A stretch of 61,591 bases of DNA, filler included, from Choristocarpus tenellus KU-1152 (taxonomy: Eukaryota; Protista; Phaeophyceae): the NCBI GenBank assembly GCA_964200185.2. It is 10 parts of 10 records of this genome, joined end to end, with 100 filler letters (N's around TTAATTAATTAA, not from the genome) between each part and the next. Parts side by side here need not be neighbours in the genome. Positions count along the whole stretch, not along the records: positions 18,195 to 23,451 come from CAXNAD020011341.1; positions 23,552 to 29,859 come from CAXNAD020008421.1; positions 29,960 to 39,630 come from CAXNAD020003484.1; 7 more parts are not named here. The stretch is one strand, 5' to 3'. Under the pieces are notes generated by a model that did no database searches, had not been told where the DNA came from, and saw nothing but the letters and a program-made list of their open reading frames with translations. The translations under genes and the position numbers were made by a program. Each line of letters starts with the position of its first letter. Position 1 is the first letter of the stretch. Shown piece by piece: positions 21,671 to 36,386 of the stretch.

Positions 21671-24600
21671 GGCTTTAATGTGTCTATATATTCACCTAAG
21701 CGTTCTGCTCCTCCTTACCCCTCCAAAACGCACTATAGTAGTTTCGAACATCTATTACCTCAAAACTATTTCCGATAACATAGCACCGAACATATTCAGT
21801 ATCTTTCCGTATACATCATCTCCCCTTATACCATATAATAATATCTTTTGACATATCTACTATATTATATTATTATGCCCTCTTACATTTTAGATATGTG
21901 TCATGAGAGAAACAGGTGACGTTTAAATATATACAACGAACGGATCGCCTCTGAATTTAGAACACTAGAATTCACCGCCCAACTCCACATCCAGAAATAT
22001 TGGTTGTATATTATATTAATATCGCTTTGACGCTTTGAAGATGCGTCACGGGAAAAAACAGTGAAATCTATTCACGTCAGAAAAACCCGTAAGGAAGTAA
22101 CAGTTATCATAAATGTGAAAAACATAATAATCTATTTACTCTTTTACTACCAGTTATGTTGTACCGCTCCCTTCCTGTGTCTCCAACCTAGCTTAGTCCT
22201 GTACCCTAATAAAGACCTAGGGAAGTATCTCAAGAATCTAAAAAGGTCGTCCTTTCCCATCTTCCTGGCGACTCCAGGTTAAAACGCATGACACGTGTTT
22301 ATTATCCACTCTATCACGAATACGTCAACAAGTGACTATTTGTTTTTGTTCTGCTTTCATACAATTTACGTTAGACGTTTGGATATGGTTTTGAGAAAAG
22401 GGGTAGAAAAAAAGGAACATTTCAAAGGTGAAAGAATGGTTCTATTAATTGAGATTTGGGGTGAAGAAAAAATACTAAATACATACTCCCCCCTGACACA
22501 TCTGCAAAATGTCAGAGGGCATAATAATAATAATAATATTATCAATATATACCAGTTTAATATATATATAGTATAACAACTCTTCTGGCCTCTACGGTGG
22601 TTTGGTTTTTCTCCAACACATGGGGAGGGAAACTATGGCATTGTAAAACAATATTTTTGTGATTATTGTCATATATCCACCGATTATTATCCCCTCGAAC
22701 ATTTTGAATGTGTCAAAATAGAAATAATTCATTAACAGGTAGTGGAATAGTACGACTCAGTTCGTTTTCTGTAGTACCGTTGAAGGACCAAAATTATAAG
22801 CCCTCTGTAAACGTCACATGTATGTGTAGTTCTACCTACCAGAATTTGAAAAAGATAATAATGATAATAAAATAATATTGAATGGGTAGTGTTTTTTGTT
22901 TTACAACGAGTGGGGTATTCAAAGTATACGCAACGTACAAGACTTCCCCCAAAAGTACCGTTATAGTACTCTCCCACTTCATAATCGTGCCATCGTCACC
23001 ACTGTCAAACAGATGGAAACAAGCTGGCAGGTTCTTCAAGTGAATGGGAGTGGGAAGACCCACAGGAGGCAAGAAAAAGAAGAGAGACAAGGCAAGAGGG
23101 AGAGCAATTCCTCAGAAGATCACTCAGGAAAGAGTGAACAAGTGGAAATTGAATAAGGGAGGTTTGGAAGGTCCTCTCAAACCACCCGCTATTTACTTCA
23201 AGCAGATGTTACCTTTAACATGCAAAAAAAATGTCATATGAATATCAGATACTTATCTATAGGTTACCTTCAAGGTATACCTTCTTTGGAAGATGCCTCT
23301 TACAATTACACTATTTTAGTATCAAAAAAGAAATTATATTATGAAAAGTAGAAGTTAAAACATAGGCTACTCATTTGTTTCTTGTTGATATGATACACAT
23401 CTACCAGCTTGTACTGACTGTTGATTGGTGCACTGCACTGGCTGTTAGTGTNNNNNNNNNNNNNNNNNNNNNNNNNNNNNNNNNNNNNNNNNNNNTTAAT
23501 TAATTAANNNNNNNNNNNNNNNNNNNNNNNNNNNNNNNNNNNNNNNNNNNNCTTTCAATGTAGCCCCCCCCCCCCTCTGCCCATTCTAGTAACGCCTCCC
23601 CCCTGCATTGGCCCGTTGCAGGTTGTGTGCCAATTGATCAAAGCCCTGATGGGTAAAACAGGAGAGTTCCATATTGCACCAGAAGTAGGTGCATATTCCA
23701 TCATGATTAGGATTAGTAGTTGTTAGTAGTAATTATTAGTGGCAACACCCCTTGGGTTCACGCTACACAAGGCAAAACTAACATCTAGTTTTCAAGGACT
23801 AGGATTAACTGGATGATATAAGGTACAGCAAGACATGGATATCTTCATATTCGGGCTGTTTTAGGAGGGGGGGGGAGGGGGGAAGAGTAAGACAAACATC
23901 CCTCCCAACTGGTTAATCGTAATTCAAAGATCTCCTATCCTGAAGTAAAAAGAACATTGAGCACATCCTGAACACGTTACTCCTTTGCATTAAAGTAATC
24001 ACAACATTATGACTGTAAAAATAAAAATAAGATCATCGTATTATGCCTTCCAACACCATAACAATCAATCTCCCCACCAACATTCTTGTGGGAATACCTC
24101 CAGTCCGTCCATTACATCACCACGCCACCGATAAGTCAGTATGTATCGTACATTTACTTCCCTACTCCTCCACAAAAAATAATAAAATATTAATCTTGCA
24201 CTGTACATCTTCCTTGCACTCACTTACTCCCTGAGTCTGAGCTAACAACACTTGGCATTATCACACTATATGTATCCTCAAATGTCAGTCAAAAATATTC
24301 AAATGTCAGTTAACCTAGGTTAGGTTCTCCCACCTGGCTTACTGTCGATGAATCGTACATGCCCCTCAGCAACTCACTCTGATACCTCTCCTGCCCAGGG
24401 TAGGAAGAGACACAAGGGGGAACATTTTTTTTATTAAAAGGTACACTTAGAATCACACTGATCTTACTGGTCAGTCAGCAGCAATGCCAACATTGATTGG
24501 GCAATTAAGGGAGGCGACTGGATATTGTGCAGTGTATAGCTTGTTCAATACCAGGAAAGACAATTGCAGTCAATGCAAGTGTGCAGTGGGAGCTGAGAGA

Positions 24601-24698
24601 AATGCCTTTATGTGGAAAACCATGGTATGCCCATGGCTGGTTGGTTCTGTATACAACAACAATGCACAGGATTAGAGAGTGGGCTCTCACATCACATA

Positions 24699-24965
24699 GA
24701 CTCAAAGTATCTGGGGGGGGGAGGGTTGTGAGGGGGCGTCCGTTTCCGTCAAACAATTCATTTTTTGCTGACATTTCAAATCCAACACATGCGACCAAAT
24801 CACACCAAACAAGTGAAAATCGAAAAAATAGTGAAAAACGGACACCGACAACACAACACCCCCCCCCCCACCCCAAACACACCNNNNNNNNNAAAAAAGA
24901 AAAAACAAAAAAAAAATGAAAAACGGACCCCGACCCCCCCCCCCCCCCCCCAGATACTTTGACCC
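24699..24965 (+). mobile_element. MITE family B variant (different, longer interior)
   Basis: GACTCAAAGTATCT(G)n ... (C)nAGATACTTTGACCC, flanked by CATA/CATA. Confidence 0.75.
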
Positions 24966-25408
24966 CATAATTAACTACTATCGGAAAATATATAGAGCAT
25001 GAAGAGGTTCAAATCAATCATCCGTAACTGGTTGCCCACTGCTCTACACAGCAGGTGTTAAATAACAAAGGGAATCAAAGATTTGCTCAAAACATGTATC
25101 AACACCTCACACAATTCAATTTCAACATCAGGCAGGCCAATCACAGTGGTCCACATCTTGCAGTCAGTGCCTCATCTTCCTCCCCTCTACTGCTATCATC
25201 TTGTTCGTTGTCTCTATTCTTACATACTACATACTACATACTATATTGCTTTTTTTGTCCCTTGTTTCCCCCCTATACATACATACATACATACAAACAG
25301 TACTTGCATCTCTCAAGCAGTATCACCTTATTTGGACTGCCTTTTCAACCATGGACCTGAGATCCCTCAGACTAATAATAATAATAATATGACCGCTCCT
25401 ACTGCGTA

Positions 25409-25686
25409 GAGTCAAAATATCTAATAGAGGGTAGAGTCACATCCATTTGAGGGTCAAAATCCAATGTTGCTATTTTGATGTAATTTTGATGTAATTTTGA
25501 CTATCGTATTTGTTGGGAAGTATCAATATTCTTGTTCCAGACACACCTTTTCATAATGTACACATTTTACTTGTACATACTTTGAAACATTTCAGAGCAG
25601 ATAAATCTCATTAACAAAACATGGGAAGCTAATTCCCAAACGGAAAAACAGGGGAAGACTTGTACCCTCTAAAGATGCTATCACTG
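25409..25686 (-). mobile_element. MITE family A, diverged copy
   Basis: Reverse-orientation match to 15710-15967; no clear TSD. Confidence 0.7.
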
Positions 25687-26101
25687 CATTGCTATGTTAT
25701 CCCCTCCAGTCTACACAGCACTAAAGATCACTGTACTGAAACAAACAAGCTTAACTTGAACAACAGGGGGAATGAAAGTGCCAGTAGCTATACAGTAGCT
25801 ATACAACACAAAAGGAAGTCCTTCACAATTTTCTTTCCAGAAATGTAAAATAAAAAAATTAAATTAAAATTACAATTAAAAACACACTTAAACAAAAATA
25901 AATCCGTGAAAGCCCCTGAAATAACTGAAAGAAACACCACCCTTGCACTCTCTGGACCACTACAGTTCTTCCATTTTGAGGGCACTATCAGGGAAGCAAT
26001 CTCTGCCAATGTGAATGTGAATGTGAATATAAATATAAACATAAATGTGAATATGAATATAAATGTAACTGTGAATGTAACTGTGAATGTGAACGTCATA
26101 C

Positions 26102-29100
26102 ATTTCGGCGATGCTGTTCCAGGTAGGCCTGCCACTCTGCAAAGGTCACCATCCCATCGTGGTTCATGTCAAAGTCCTCAAACCTTGGCACTTCTGACTC
26201 CAATGTCTGAGGGTACATGGCCAGGTAGGACCTGATGTATGCGTTGAACTGCAGCAAGATCACATATTCGACACAGAGGGATTCAGGGTAGAGGGTAAAA
26301 GATAAGACCCAAGGAATTCTAAAAGAAACTGATCCTGTATTGTCAAAATGTGTCACACTACAGAATAAACAGTACCCACTACCCCCCGTATATATACATA
26401 CATAAAATACACACATATAACAAATAATATAATACATACATAAAATACATACACATAATACATACATATAACAAATAATGTAATACATACATACAATACA
26501 TACATAAAATACATACACATAATACATACACGTAACAAATAATGTAATACATACATACAATACATACATACAATAAATACATATAATAAATACATGTAAT
26601 ACATACATATAATACATACATACAATACATACATATAATAAATACATAAAATACATACATACAATACATACAATAAGTGCGTGTATGATGATGATGGTGT
26701 ACAAAGACGGATATTGCTGTCACTAGAATCGGAGCTGTTTACATACACATACACATACACAATACACATACATAAATACACACATGTACATATATACATA
26801 CACATACACAATACACATATATAAATACACACATACATATACATAAATACACAATACACATACATAAATACACAATATACATAATATACATATGCATACA
26901 CATACACATAACATAAATCTCTGCCGTAGGAACAAGAAATTTTGTAACACAAAGGTAACAGTTGTGTTCTAAACAGGTACGACAGAAACCAACAACCCTA
27001 ACCCTAACCCTAACCCTAACACTTCACACTTCGAATAATTCCATCATACAAAGAGGTCAGAGCAGTTCCTAGACATACCATTCAATTCACTCTTGAGAGA
27101 ACAATCAACACCACCACAACACGCCCATAGAGACATAATCATAATTATCATAATCACAAGCACAGCCACCACTCTCCCTAAAAAGGTTCCTGTAGAGGAC
27201 AGGGAGGCCAATAACACACATCAACAGTGCTCCTCCTCATGACACACACCCTCAGACAGGCAGGTGTCACATTGGCAGTTTAATACATACTTTATAAAAA
27301 ACTCTGATTATTTTTCAGAATGAGACACTAGACAGCATTGAGCCCCCCCCCCCCCCCTCATTATCCAAGAAAGTTGTCTTCTGAAGGAGAGTGCAAATAC
27401 TCTTGTGTCAACCCTCTCCTGTAAGTACTCTACCACCCTCTCATTTCCCGCCAGAGATTAGATTTTGTTCAAATATAAAAATAAAATAAAATATAAAATA
27501 AAATAAAAGCATTGCGATTGATACACATAATTTTCAATGAAGTCATATCTTCTCCTTTTTTTATTATTTTTGAAGTGGATGACGTACATCAGTGCAATAG
27601 GTTAGGGCTTCACTTCAGCAGCCAATCGGCCGTTAAAGAACAAATTCAGAATATATATATATATATTTCTAAAAATGATGTTATGCATGGCTATTGTTTG
27701 TACCATCATCCAGAAAAAAATTTAACATAATAAAAAAACTGTCATACGCATCACTCCAACAACTGAAAATAAGATCAAAAAAATGCTAATAACACTAACT
27801 GCATTAATTACACTCATTACATGAAAGTATGAAAAATAAAGGGATGAAAGGTTATCAACATCACACTATGTTATCAACATCACACTATGTTATCAACATC
27901 ACACTATCAAATCTTGAACGGATTGTGAATTATCAGTAAAATCAGTAGTATCAATAGTATCAATAGTATCAGTAATATCAGTAGTATCAATAGTATCAGT
28001 AATATAAGTAGTATCAATAGTATCAGTAGTATCAATAATATCAGTGATATCAGTAATCGACTTGTGACCGGCCTGTGAAAAAGTGTCAACTTGAAACACG
28101 CCTATGAGCATAGAACTCTTTTATTTTCAAGAATATTGGGATAAAAATGGTGAAAAAAAACTTGCAGGATCATAGGGGGAAGCAACCCCAGCAGGAAAGA
28201 GCAACGCAAACACCTTCACCTCTTATAGAAAAAGATTGAACGTAAGATCTAAAGGACCTCACACCAAAAGAGATGAGACCACATCGGGGTTGAGAGCCAA
28301 GACCTCAAAAAGGGCCTCAACAAGGTGGTCTTGTCTTCTCCACTACTTGATAGCAGTCAGTGGCATGATTGGTATACACTCAAGACACCTTGAGGGGTAT
28401 AAGTTGACTGCAGACACCTAACCCTAACCCTAACCCTAACCCTAACCCTAAGTATATACATACCGAATGGCACTACAGGAGGGGATCAGTCACAAACAAA
28501 AATTGAAATTAATAATAATAAAATAAAAATAACATATTTTATGCGTCTTTTGGGTTAGGGTTAGGGTTAGGGTTTATCTTGCAGGCACAGGAAACAAAAA
28601 GAATGAATCCCCCCCCAAAAAAAATATATATATATTCCAAAATGAGTTGAAGTCTTATTTTCAAAGATGTCGTTGGAGATTGTACGTAAGAGAAACATGA
28701 AGACATAAAGAGAGCAGTAAGTGAAACAAACACAAAGAACTAAAAAAAGAAATAAACATAAAGAATAATAAACAAACATGAAGAATTAAAACAATGCACA
28801 GAGGAAAAGTAGGACAACTCGGACAGAGAACTGAGTCAACTGAAGGTTGAAGGTTGAAGGTTGAAGGTTGATTTCATCAACCTTACCAAGTTGCAAGGTT
28901 CAAGGTCCAGTTCAGAGAAGAAAAAAAGAAAAAAAGAAGACACACCGGTCCAAGGTTCAACAAACAAAAAAAGGTTGTCTCCATTAACCCAAAAAACAGA
29001 CTGGTACGTTGGGTAGATTGGGTATATTGGGTACACACTAACAAAAGCAAAATTAACAAAGGAAAGAACACTAAAAATACAATCAAGAATAAAAATACAG

Positions 29101-29847
29101 ACATATCCATAGGAGTGAGGCCATCTAAAATTGGGCGGGTCATATTTGTATGTTCTGACTTTAAAGGCTTTCAACCTTGAGAAATACACGCACATGCTGA
29201 CAGTGTACTTACATACATACATACATACATACATAATAATAATAATAATAATACATACATACATACAAGACAGTGTACTTACATGTCATACCATTGACAG
29301 TATATATCCAACATAATAATAATAATACATACATACATGACAGTATACTTACATGTTATGCCATTGACAGTATATATCCAACATAATAATAATAACAATA
29401 ATACATACATGACAGTATACTTACATGTTATACCATTCACGGTATAAATACAACTAACTATTCACACTACAAAACCCACCCCCCTCTCTCTCCACCAGGA
29501 CCAAAAAAAAAGAGTACTTACACCCCACACCTGCACTGGAACAATCCCTAGCTGTCCCTACTATTATTCTTATTATTATTCTTAGTATCTATTTAACATT
29601 ATTATTATTTTTGTTAATATCTATTTAATATCCATTTAATGATACCTAGACACAAAAGTATCAACGCCAGATCTCGGAACAAACATGCCATCACCTCCCA
29701 ACCTACCCCCTCTCCCCCTCCATCCCCCACCTCTGCCTTGGTGATGATATTGTCGTTATTGAGGTCCGGCTGCTTGAATTCTTCATAGTCCATCATCACC
29801 TGATCCCCCCCCATGTCTACCCCCGCATCTGCCGCTGCTGCTTCCAG
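26102..29847 (-). CDS. EF-hand Ca2+-binding protein; internal exons
   Basis: Exons 29731-29847 (...DYEEFKQPDLNNDNIITKAE) and 26102-26248 (FNAYIRSYLAMYPQTLESEVPRFEDFDMNHDGMVTFAEWQAYLEQHRRN) join in phase 0 and give two EF loops. A further exon (ERYQSELLRGMYDSST) near 24330-24390 is possible. Confidence 0.8.
26390..26920. repeat. Low-complexity TACA/ATAC-rich intronic tract
   Basis: Directly visible; explains the spurious M/Y/V/C-rich ORFs. Confidence 0.9.
27850..28056. repeat. 19-bp tandem repeat x3 (27850-27906) and 9-bp ATCARTAGT repeat (27930-28056)
   Basis: Directly visible periodicity. Confidence 0.85.
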
Positions 29848-29959
29848 CTGTGCAACAGTNNNNNNNNNNNNNNNNNNNNNNNNNNNNNNNNNNNNNNNNN
29901 NNNTTAATTAATTAANNNNNNNNNNNNNNNNNNNNNNNNNNNNNNNNNNNNNNNNNNNN

Positions 29960-30920
29960 AGGTGGTACAGAGAACGAAGTCTGTGGGGAAGCCTGGTCAC
30001 GGCCGGCGAAGTGAGAACTGGGGCGGCCTCCCAAAGGGAAGGTTGGGAAGGAGAGCAATGCGACTGCATGCCATTGCACTCAGGAAATGCCTAAGCGAAA
30101 ACCCCGTTGTAAAATATCTTAGTAGTCGACAGTTGCAGCAGGTCCTGGCTGTTTGGAACCTATGCGAGCCGGAGTGGCTTAACGAAACGAGAAAGAAGGT
30201 GATAGGGTTGGGGTATAAGGGCTCTGAAGCCTGAAAGAAGGTCAAAAGGGCTCGCAAGGGAGAGGAGAAAGCGATCGTAACAAAGGCAGCCATGGAGACG
30301 TTTCGATACCACCATATCCTTTACTTAGAAGAGGTCGCGAAACAGGTGGAGGTAGTCATCGACGAGGACGCCAGGGAAGAAGAGGAAGTGAGATGGAGAC
30401 TATTCACACAACAATGGTTTGGTGTCTCCCACTTCTTGCAAGATGCCGTAGATTCACTTTTGTTCCTGGACTTACGATTGGGCGAATAAAGTTGATAAAG
30501 GCTTTCTCCCAACCTGCATTCATTCGAGAAATCAACACAATTTTCGATCAACTCATGCCTGTCCTCCCTCGCCCTTGGGCCTTGATGATAAAATACCACC
30601 CGCCCAGGAAACACGGACGACGCCCATTTCCGGTGCTCAACGAGGAAATGTGATAGTAAAGGCTTTAACACTACGAATTCTGTACCTGTATAAGAATGAC
30701 GGGAAAGACCGTCAAACGGCGCTCGAGATGGCAGCAGGATATGCAATGATCAGGTCGGAAACTGTGAGTAAATGGGAGAAAGACTTCCTNNNNNNNNNNC
30801 AAATCAAGGTGTCGGAGCAAGGGCGCTACGAGAGGCGTTTCGTTCTGGGCGTCGATGAGGACATCCTTGCCGAGGTCAAAGAGTGGGTGCGCGAACACAC
30901 AGGAAGAGAGGGTTGGAAGG
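29960..30920 (+). pseudogene. Degenerate intronless ORF, probable DNA-transposase N-terminal/HTH region
   Basis: Successive ORFs broken by an in-frame TGA (30232) and frameshifts. The segment ETVSKWEKDF....IKVSEQGRYERRFVLGVDEDILAEVKEWVREH resembles the W..F....SxQGxH....DEDI....WLR pattern seen upstream of the catalytic domain in some eukaryotic DDE transposases (inference). Confidence 0.4.
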
Positions 30921-33188
30921 TTTTTTTCTCGGCTAAACCCTATACTTTAATCAAGTAATAGTGTATCTGTTGCCACTCTTGGTGACCTACAATCCAGGTT
31001 TCGAACCCCAATATGAGCGGTCTTTCTTCAAAAAAGAAAATAATGGAGAAAAAAACGAAGCCCGTACTCTGGAGGGCCTTGTGACGGGCATCACGAACAT
31101 GCTTTATTTTTTTAATCCGATGTCTACATCAAAAGCTATGACGGGATAATCCCAGAGGACGAAACTACTGGCACCACTATATTTATGGGATACAGTATGC
31201 TGCTCCAACACACCCGCATTCATCTCCCTACATAAGCAAAACTATCAAGCAATGCTAACCAAGACGAACTACTGGAGTCAGGGGAGTATTAATGTCCCTC
31301 AATATGCAGGAAGCAACGTCTTCTTGGAGGCCTTCCTGCCTCCTATATGCCTCCCATGTACAGCAAAGACCTTGGGGGTAGTTCGTTCAGCATTCCCTCC
31401 CCAAAGGACCAGATCAACCATGCGACGCCCCAGCTGACCCACCTGCAGTAAGCGACATGGTGTAGCATAGACCTGAAGCTGCCATGCAGCTCCAAAACAG
31501 TCCAGGCTATCACATTTGTAAGCCGTGGTGTTGTAGTACAACAGTGGTGGGAAAATATTCTGGCGTACAAAACACATAGAGACCAATCTGGACGAATCTA
31601 ATGGATCTCAAGCAATAGGAAATTGGAGCTCGACTCCACTTCATTCAACAAAGAAATAAATAGCCATGAAGACTCGCGAGAGTTCACCTTGGGTGCTTCA
31701 ACCTCAGTCTAAACAAAATTTGGTGCTTGTTTTTGTGAGATGCGGAAATGAAATACGAAATTTCGAGAAATCGAAACGGAAAATACGATACACAAAACTC
31801 AACATTTTATCTCGTTACCAATGTCTGTCTATAAAAACAGACACTATGTTCCATACGATGAGGTGATTCAATACAATGAGACTTCAACTTCCAACTTCCT
31901 CATCAGGCTTCAAGTTAGGTTTGCGGTTTCTGAATCGCAAGGGTTTTGTGACGCACATGCTCTGAAAAAAAAAAGGATACACGGTTGGTTGCACTCTTAT
32001 CCTACGATTGTTTCGTCTCTTGATGCATGTTGTCAAAACGATTATGCTCATCCTATATGCATATTGATCGGCATCGATGGTGCTGTCTCACTGAAATGGG
32101 GCATTAAAAAGTGCCGAAGGACTTCCTTTTGATGAGATGAGATATTAAATTGGTTTTACCAATCACAGACACCCATTTCGACAAAAGCAAATGATTTTTT
32201 TTTTTTCCATCCATTTTCTCATAATTACTATCTCACTTCCTCATCTCACAAAAACCCCACTTCATCTAGACCCAACCATAGAGCTCCCAAAACTACTGTG
32301 CATCAGTTCTACAAAGTATTGGAACACATTCTATTAATATAATGAGACAGCCAGTTTAAAGCAGCTTAAAATGCAAAACATATGTGCAACACTTCCAGAT
32401 GACCAAATCAGTACACAAGGTGCAGTCATAGGCGAAGGAGTATCACTCGAGCCATGTTCCAAGGAACAAAACCACAATAGTAACAACACATTGGATGTAT
32501 CCCTTTTCTGCTCCAACGAGAGTTGCTTTCCCCCATGCTCCTTCAGGCATCTACACCCATCCTGGAATCTCTGTCTGTTCACATCCAATATTTTGAAAAG
32601 TGGTGAAATGTGCACACCATCTGCTGTTCTCTCAATCTCCAGCATTGGTCCTGTCCCCTTTCTTTTGCTTGAAGACACCCTTGCATTCACAAGTGGATGG
32701 GCAAATATTTTGAGTGGTGCGAGGGAGAAGGTTAGGCCTTGGGTCCCCCAAGCAACTTGAGTTGAAATTGGCAAGAAAGAGATATCGGTTGGTATGTAAT
32801 TAGGGGGATCTGATGAACTCGGAGGACACAGCGACAAAAGCGCACAACAATCAGACCACTGAAGCAATAACAAGAGCGATACATACATACACCACACACA
32901 CATTCACAGAGCTACATGTGGCCCATTAACTCCAGAGACGTGTCTACTGCATTCCAAAAGTTACCTCACTGTGGTGGCTTCCCCTCTCGCCTAGTACCCA
33001 CCCAATACTGTAGACGTCTTCTCATCTGTCACTCGCTACAATGTAAAAACACTGGTAAGGCTAGGCTTCAAGGGCATCACACGAAAAGAGAAGACAACCC
33101 ATGTAGCAACAATAAGTGTGCAACAATTTACAATACGAGTTGAGCTAGCCAAGAAGAGTGCATTCAGCAGTTATCCTGCACTACCTAC

Positions 33189-34806
33189 CTTCGTCCTCGC
33201 CACAGCCCGATTCCACTTCAGCTCCTCCCTTCTTTCTACTTCCGCCTGGAGTCCCTCAGCACCCTTCCAGCGCTTGTGGCTGTACTCCAGCACCTGCTTT
33301 CGAAGGAAGAGTTTCATCTGCACAAGCCATGCAGCCAGTCATTCAGGGAGCAAGTCCCAGGCCCCAACAGATGGAGGCAGCCCCAACCCTCCAAAATGTC
33401 AGTTTTTGCAAGTACAGTATGTACAAAAGTATTATGTCTGTGTGCAGTCGCAGGGGCATGTGCAAGGATGTTCACATGTGTGGAAAATTGTTGGCAAGTG
33501 TGTGTGACCAGGCATATATTTTGTTGACCTGTTAGAATTGAACAACAAAAAGGTGACTATGTAATGATTTTAACTATGGAAGGGCATTATGCTATGTAGT
33601 ATTGCATCATGGTAATAGTAATACCCCTACACTCCCCTGGGGCCTCACGCCCTCAAGGTTCGGCATCCCTTTCCACCTTTGTCCAGCTGGTGTGGTGTGG
33701 GTTGTCTTTCTCCAAGAACTTCAATATTGCAATGGTCCCTTCAGGAAGCAGATACACACTTGTGGCCTCCTTTTTAGTGATTAATTGATATTTTTCATGC
33801 TTTGCCTGAATAGAGTGGTGTGGATAGGGCGAGGTTCAAAGAAATACGTTAAGGGAAGGTCGGTCGGAGAGGGGAATTTCTTGGAGGGTGGATCACAGGA
33901 CGAGATCATATTGGTGTCGTGTCCAATTTGGACGAGTGTGATGGATAAGTTCAAGAGACATTGACACAGAGATTTTCTGCTAGCTGGAAGGAAATTTTTG
34001 TTAAGCATACGTCTGGCAAAGTGCAATCTGTGCCCCCCTGCCTCTATCAACCAGAAAGTTGTTGCTATGCCCACCTTGCAAGGCCTACATACTGCGACAT
34101 CAAAAGTCTCCAGCAACAACGTGTCGATTCCCTTGTCATCTCCAGTGCCCCCACATGACTCGCAGGATCGTGTTTCCACAAGGGTATTTTCTTTTATTCG
34201 CTCTCTCGTGCAAGCGGCTTCTGCACTCTCGCCAAAATGAGCGAGGTGACGAACCTCGCCCCTGCCTCCCTGTCGTGAGGATTTCTTTTTTGCGCTGGGT
34301 GGAGAGATCCTGTGGGCTTCCTCTCCTTTTCGTTTGCTAGAACTGCAGTGTTTTCCCATAACGAAGGAAAATTGGGAGATAGGAGGGGTAAATATTGCTT
34401 CTGGTAGAGGTTACAGAGAGGCCACAGAGCTGGCAGGTGGAACCTCTGGCTACATGGAAGGAACACGTGCGAGCAACTAAACAAAACAAACTAATGGGTA
34501 GTCCCCACATTCGATAACTTCAAATCGCAGGATTCGGTCACCTTCGATATTCTATGCATGTTACAATGGCCTGGGCTCCTGGAAACACACAGGGATTCAG
34601 TCTGACTACCTTCTGACAATATACGCTGGACCATTTTTTCACCTAGACAGGTATCCCCCCTTTGTCCTGTGTTGATTTCCAGCTTCTATCACCTCCACCC
34701 GTCTCTCCTGCAAACGACTCAAAGCTTTCCTCCGACTCTCATCCATGCGACGACGCTGTTCTTCCGAAAGTTCCACCATAACCTCAGTCTTGCCTATTGA
34801 GGACAT
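33189..34806 (-). CDS. XPA: DNA repair protein XPA/Rad14
   Basis: Exons 34643-34806 (ATG; LSEEQRRRMDESRRKALSRL), 34075-34342 (CESCG...DTLLLETFDVAVCRPCK, C4 Zn finger), 33677-33805 (YQLITKKEATSVYLL...LKFLEKDNPHHTSWTK) and 33189-33317 (MKLFLRKQVLEYSHKRWKGAEGLQAE). All phases agree. The 3' end is either read-through VGSAG* (33171) or a further small exon. Confidence 0.93.
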
Positions 34807-36386
34807 GCTTGTTGTCAATAGTTGTCTCAAAATAACGTCCAATAGAGCTCCAAATTTGTAATTCTGAGCGTGACTGCTCTTACTTAGACTCTTGCTCCAA
34901 AAGACAGGTGTGTGTATATATATACAGAAGGAGAGGTAGGGAAGATACGGAACGTACAGGGGAGGGAACGAAGTGGGATGGTAGTGTGAGTTGTTGTGGG
35001 TTTGGTTTATCGTCGGAGGCGTCACCATTCCTTCTACAACAATATTTGTAGTAAGAAAAATAGAAAATCAGTGACTGTCTTGTAACACACTGTTTGAAAT
35101 GTGTAACACCCTCATGTTCAACATGGTGGGACGCGCGCGACAACCGGTCTCGCACTGCCAGCGAATACACTGCCGGGGTGACATCACGGCGGGATTTGTA
35201 GAGTAAACTTGTATGGATGAGAAGAAATTGAGAGAAAAACGTTGTGGTGAATTTGTTGATGTTAACACACCTGTTAACTAAGATACCCACAAGATATCTC
35301 GATGAACTCACCAACGTAGACGAGAGAACACAACGTCGACATGCTGAGGTTTTCCCATCTATGCATACTCGTCGTGTAGAGGTTTGATCCACAGTTCCAG
35401 TCTAAGCGCATTATATCAGGGTCCTGAAGGTTCCCAGCCTTCTGAACCACCATCACATATTCAGGTGGTGAGGCGAACAAACTGAACAGGAACTGGAGCT
35501 AAAATAGTCTGAAGGAATTGGAATAAGTCTCGAACACAGATGAGCTCGCTTCTCAATGCAACCTGTTGGGCGGATGAAACCGAAAGAAAATTAAGATACA
35601 CATTCATTCTACAGAGCTCATCGAGAACCTTTTTTATGTATGAATGCCCCCAAGAAGCACGAGAAAAATGACCGTATGGGTTATTGACAATGAAACCAGG
35701 CGATCGCACAAAACATGGACACATACATCGTATCCGACCAAGTAATCATCAAAGCCCTGAGTGAAATAGTGCCTTGGCAGTGACTGTGCATGAACGCATC
35801 ACGCCTCAGACACAACAATGCCAGATGAGGGGGTGCATGTATACGTGGGATAAAGCGACAACAATGTAATGATGGTGGTGTAACTCATAAGCTCCATGAC
35901 GTCAAGATGAATCCATCCTATACCTCAGGTCAGGCATCATTGGCAATGAAGCAGATACTAATCACTACATGTAATTTTCATAATAATACCCAGCTTGTTC
36001 ACAACTTTTCAAGTATTAAGGTATTGCACGACCTGTCGTGAAGTGCTCAGACTTTTGTGCTCCTGTTGCTTGTCAAAGCTCTGGGGGGTGGGGTTGCACC
36101 TGTAAGATTTGCATCCATCACTCTGCATTTCCATTTTAATGCTCACACTAGTCCTTCTGCAATCGCGATTGGAGGCTGGGGGGATGTGCGGGAGCATCCC
36201 CTCTGCTCGTTTAGCACAGTTTTCCTCTGGCGGCTGATATGGCCATGAAATCAGAGCAAGTAGCAAAACTCATATACCTGCCAAGATGGTGCAGCTAGGA
36301 AATAGGATACAGTAGTAGTTCCAGGAAGGAACCTTGAAAAGTCATGTACAGATAGTTTTTTTTTAAGTATTGTTAGAGACAAACAG

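Noticed and set aside
26096-26952. Overlapping ORFs of about 200 aa rich in M/Y/V/C
   Set aside because: Translation of low-complexity intron DNA; only 26102-26248 is a real exon.
32334-32903. 189-aa minus-strand ORF downstream of XPA
   Set aside because: No XPA-like or other motif; more likely UTR or intergenic sequence.
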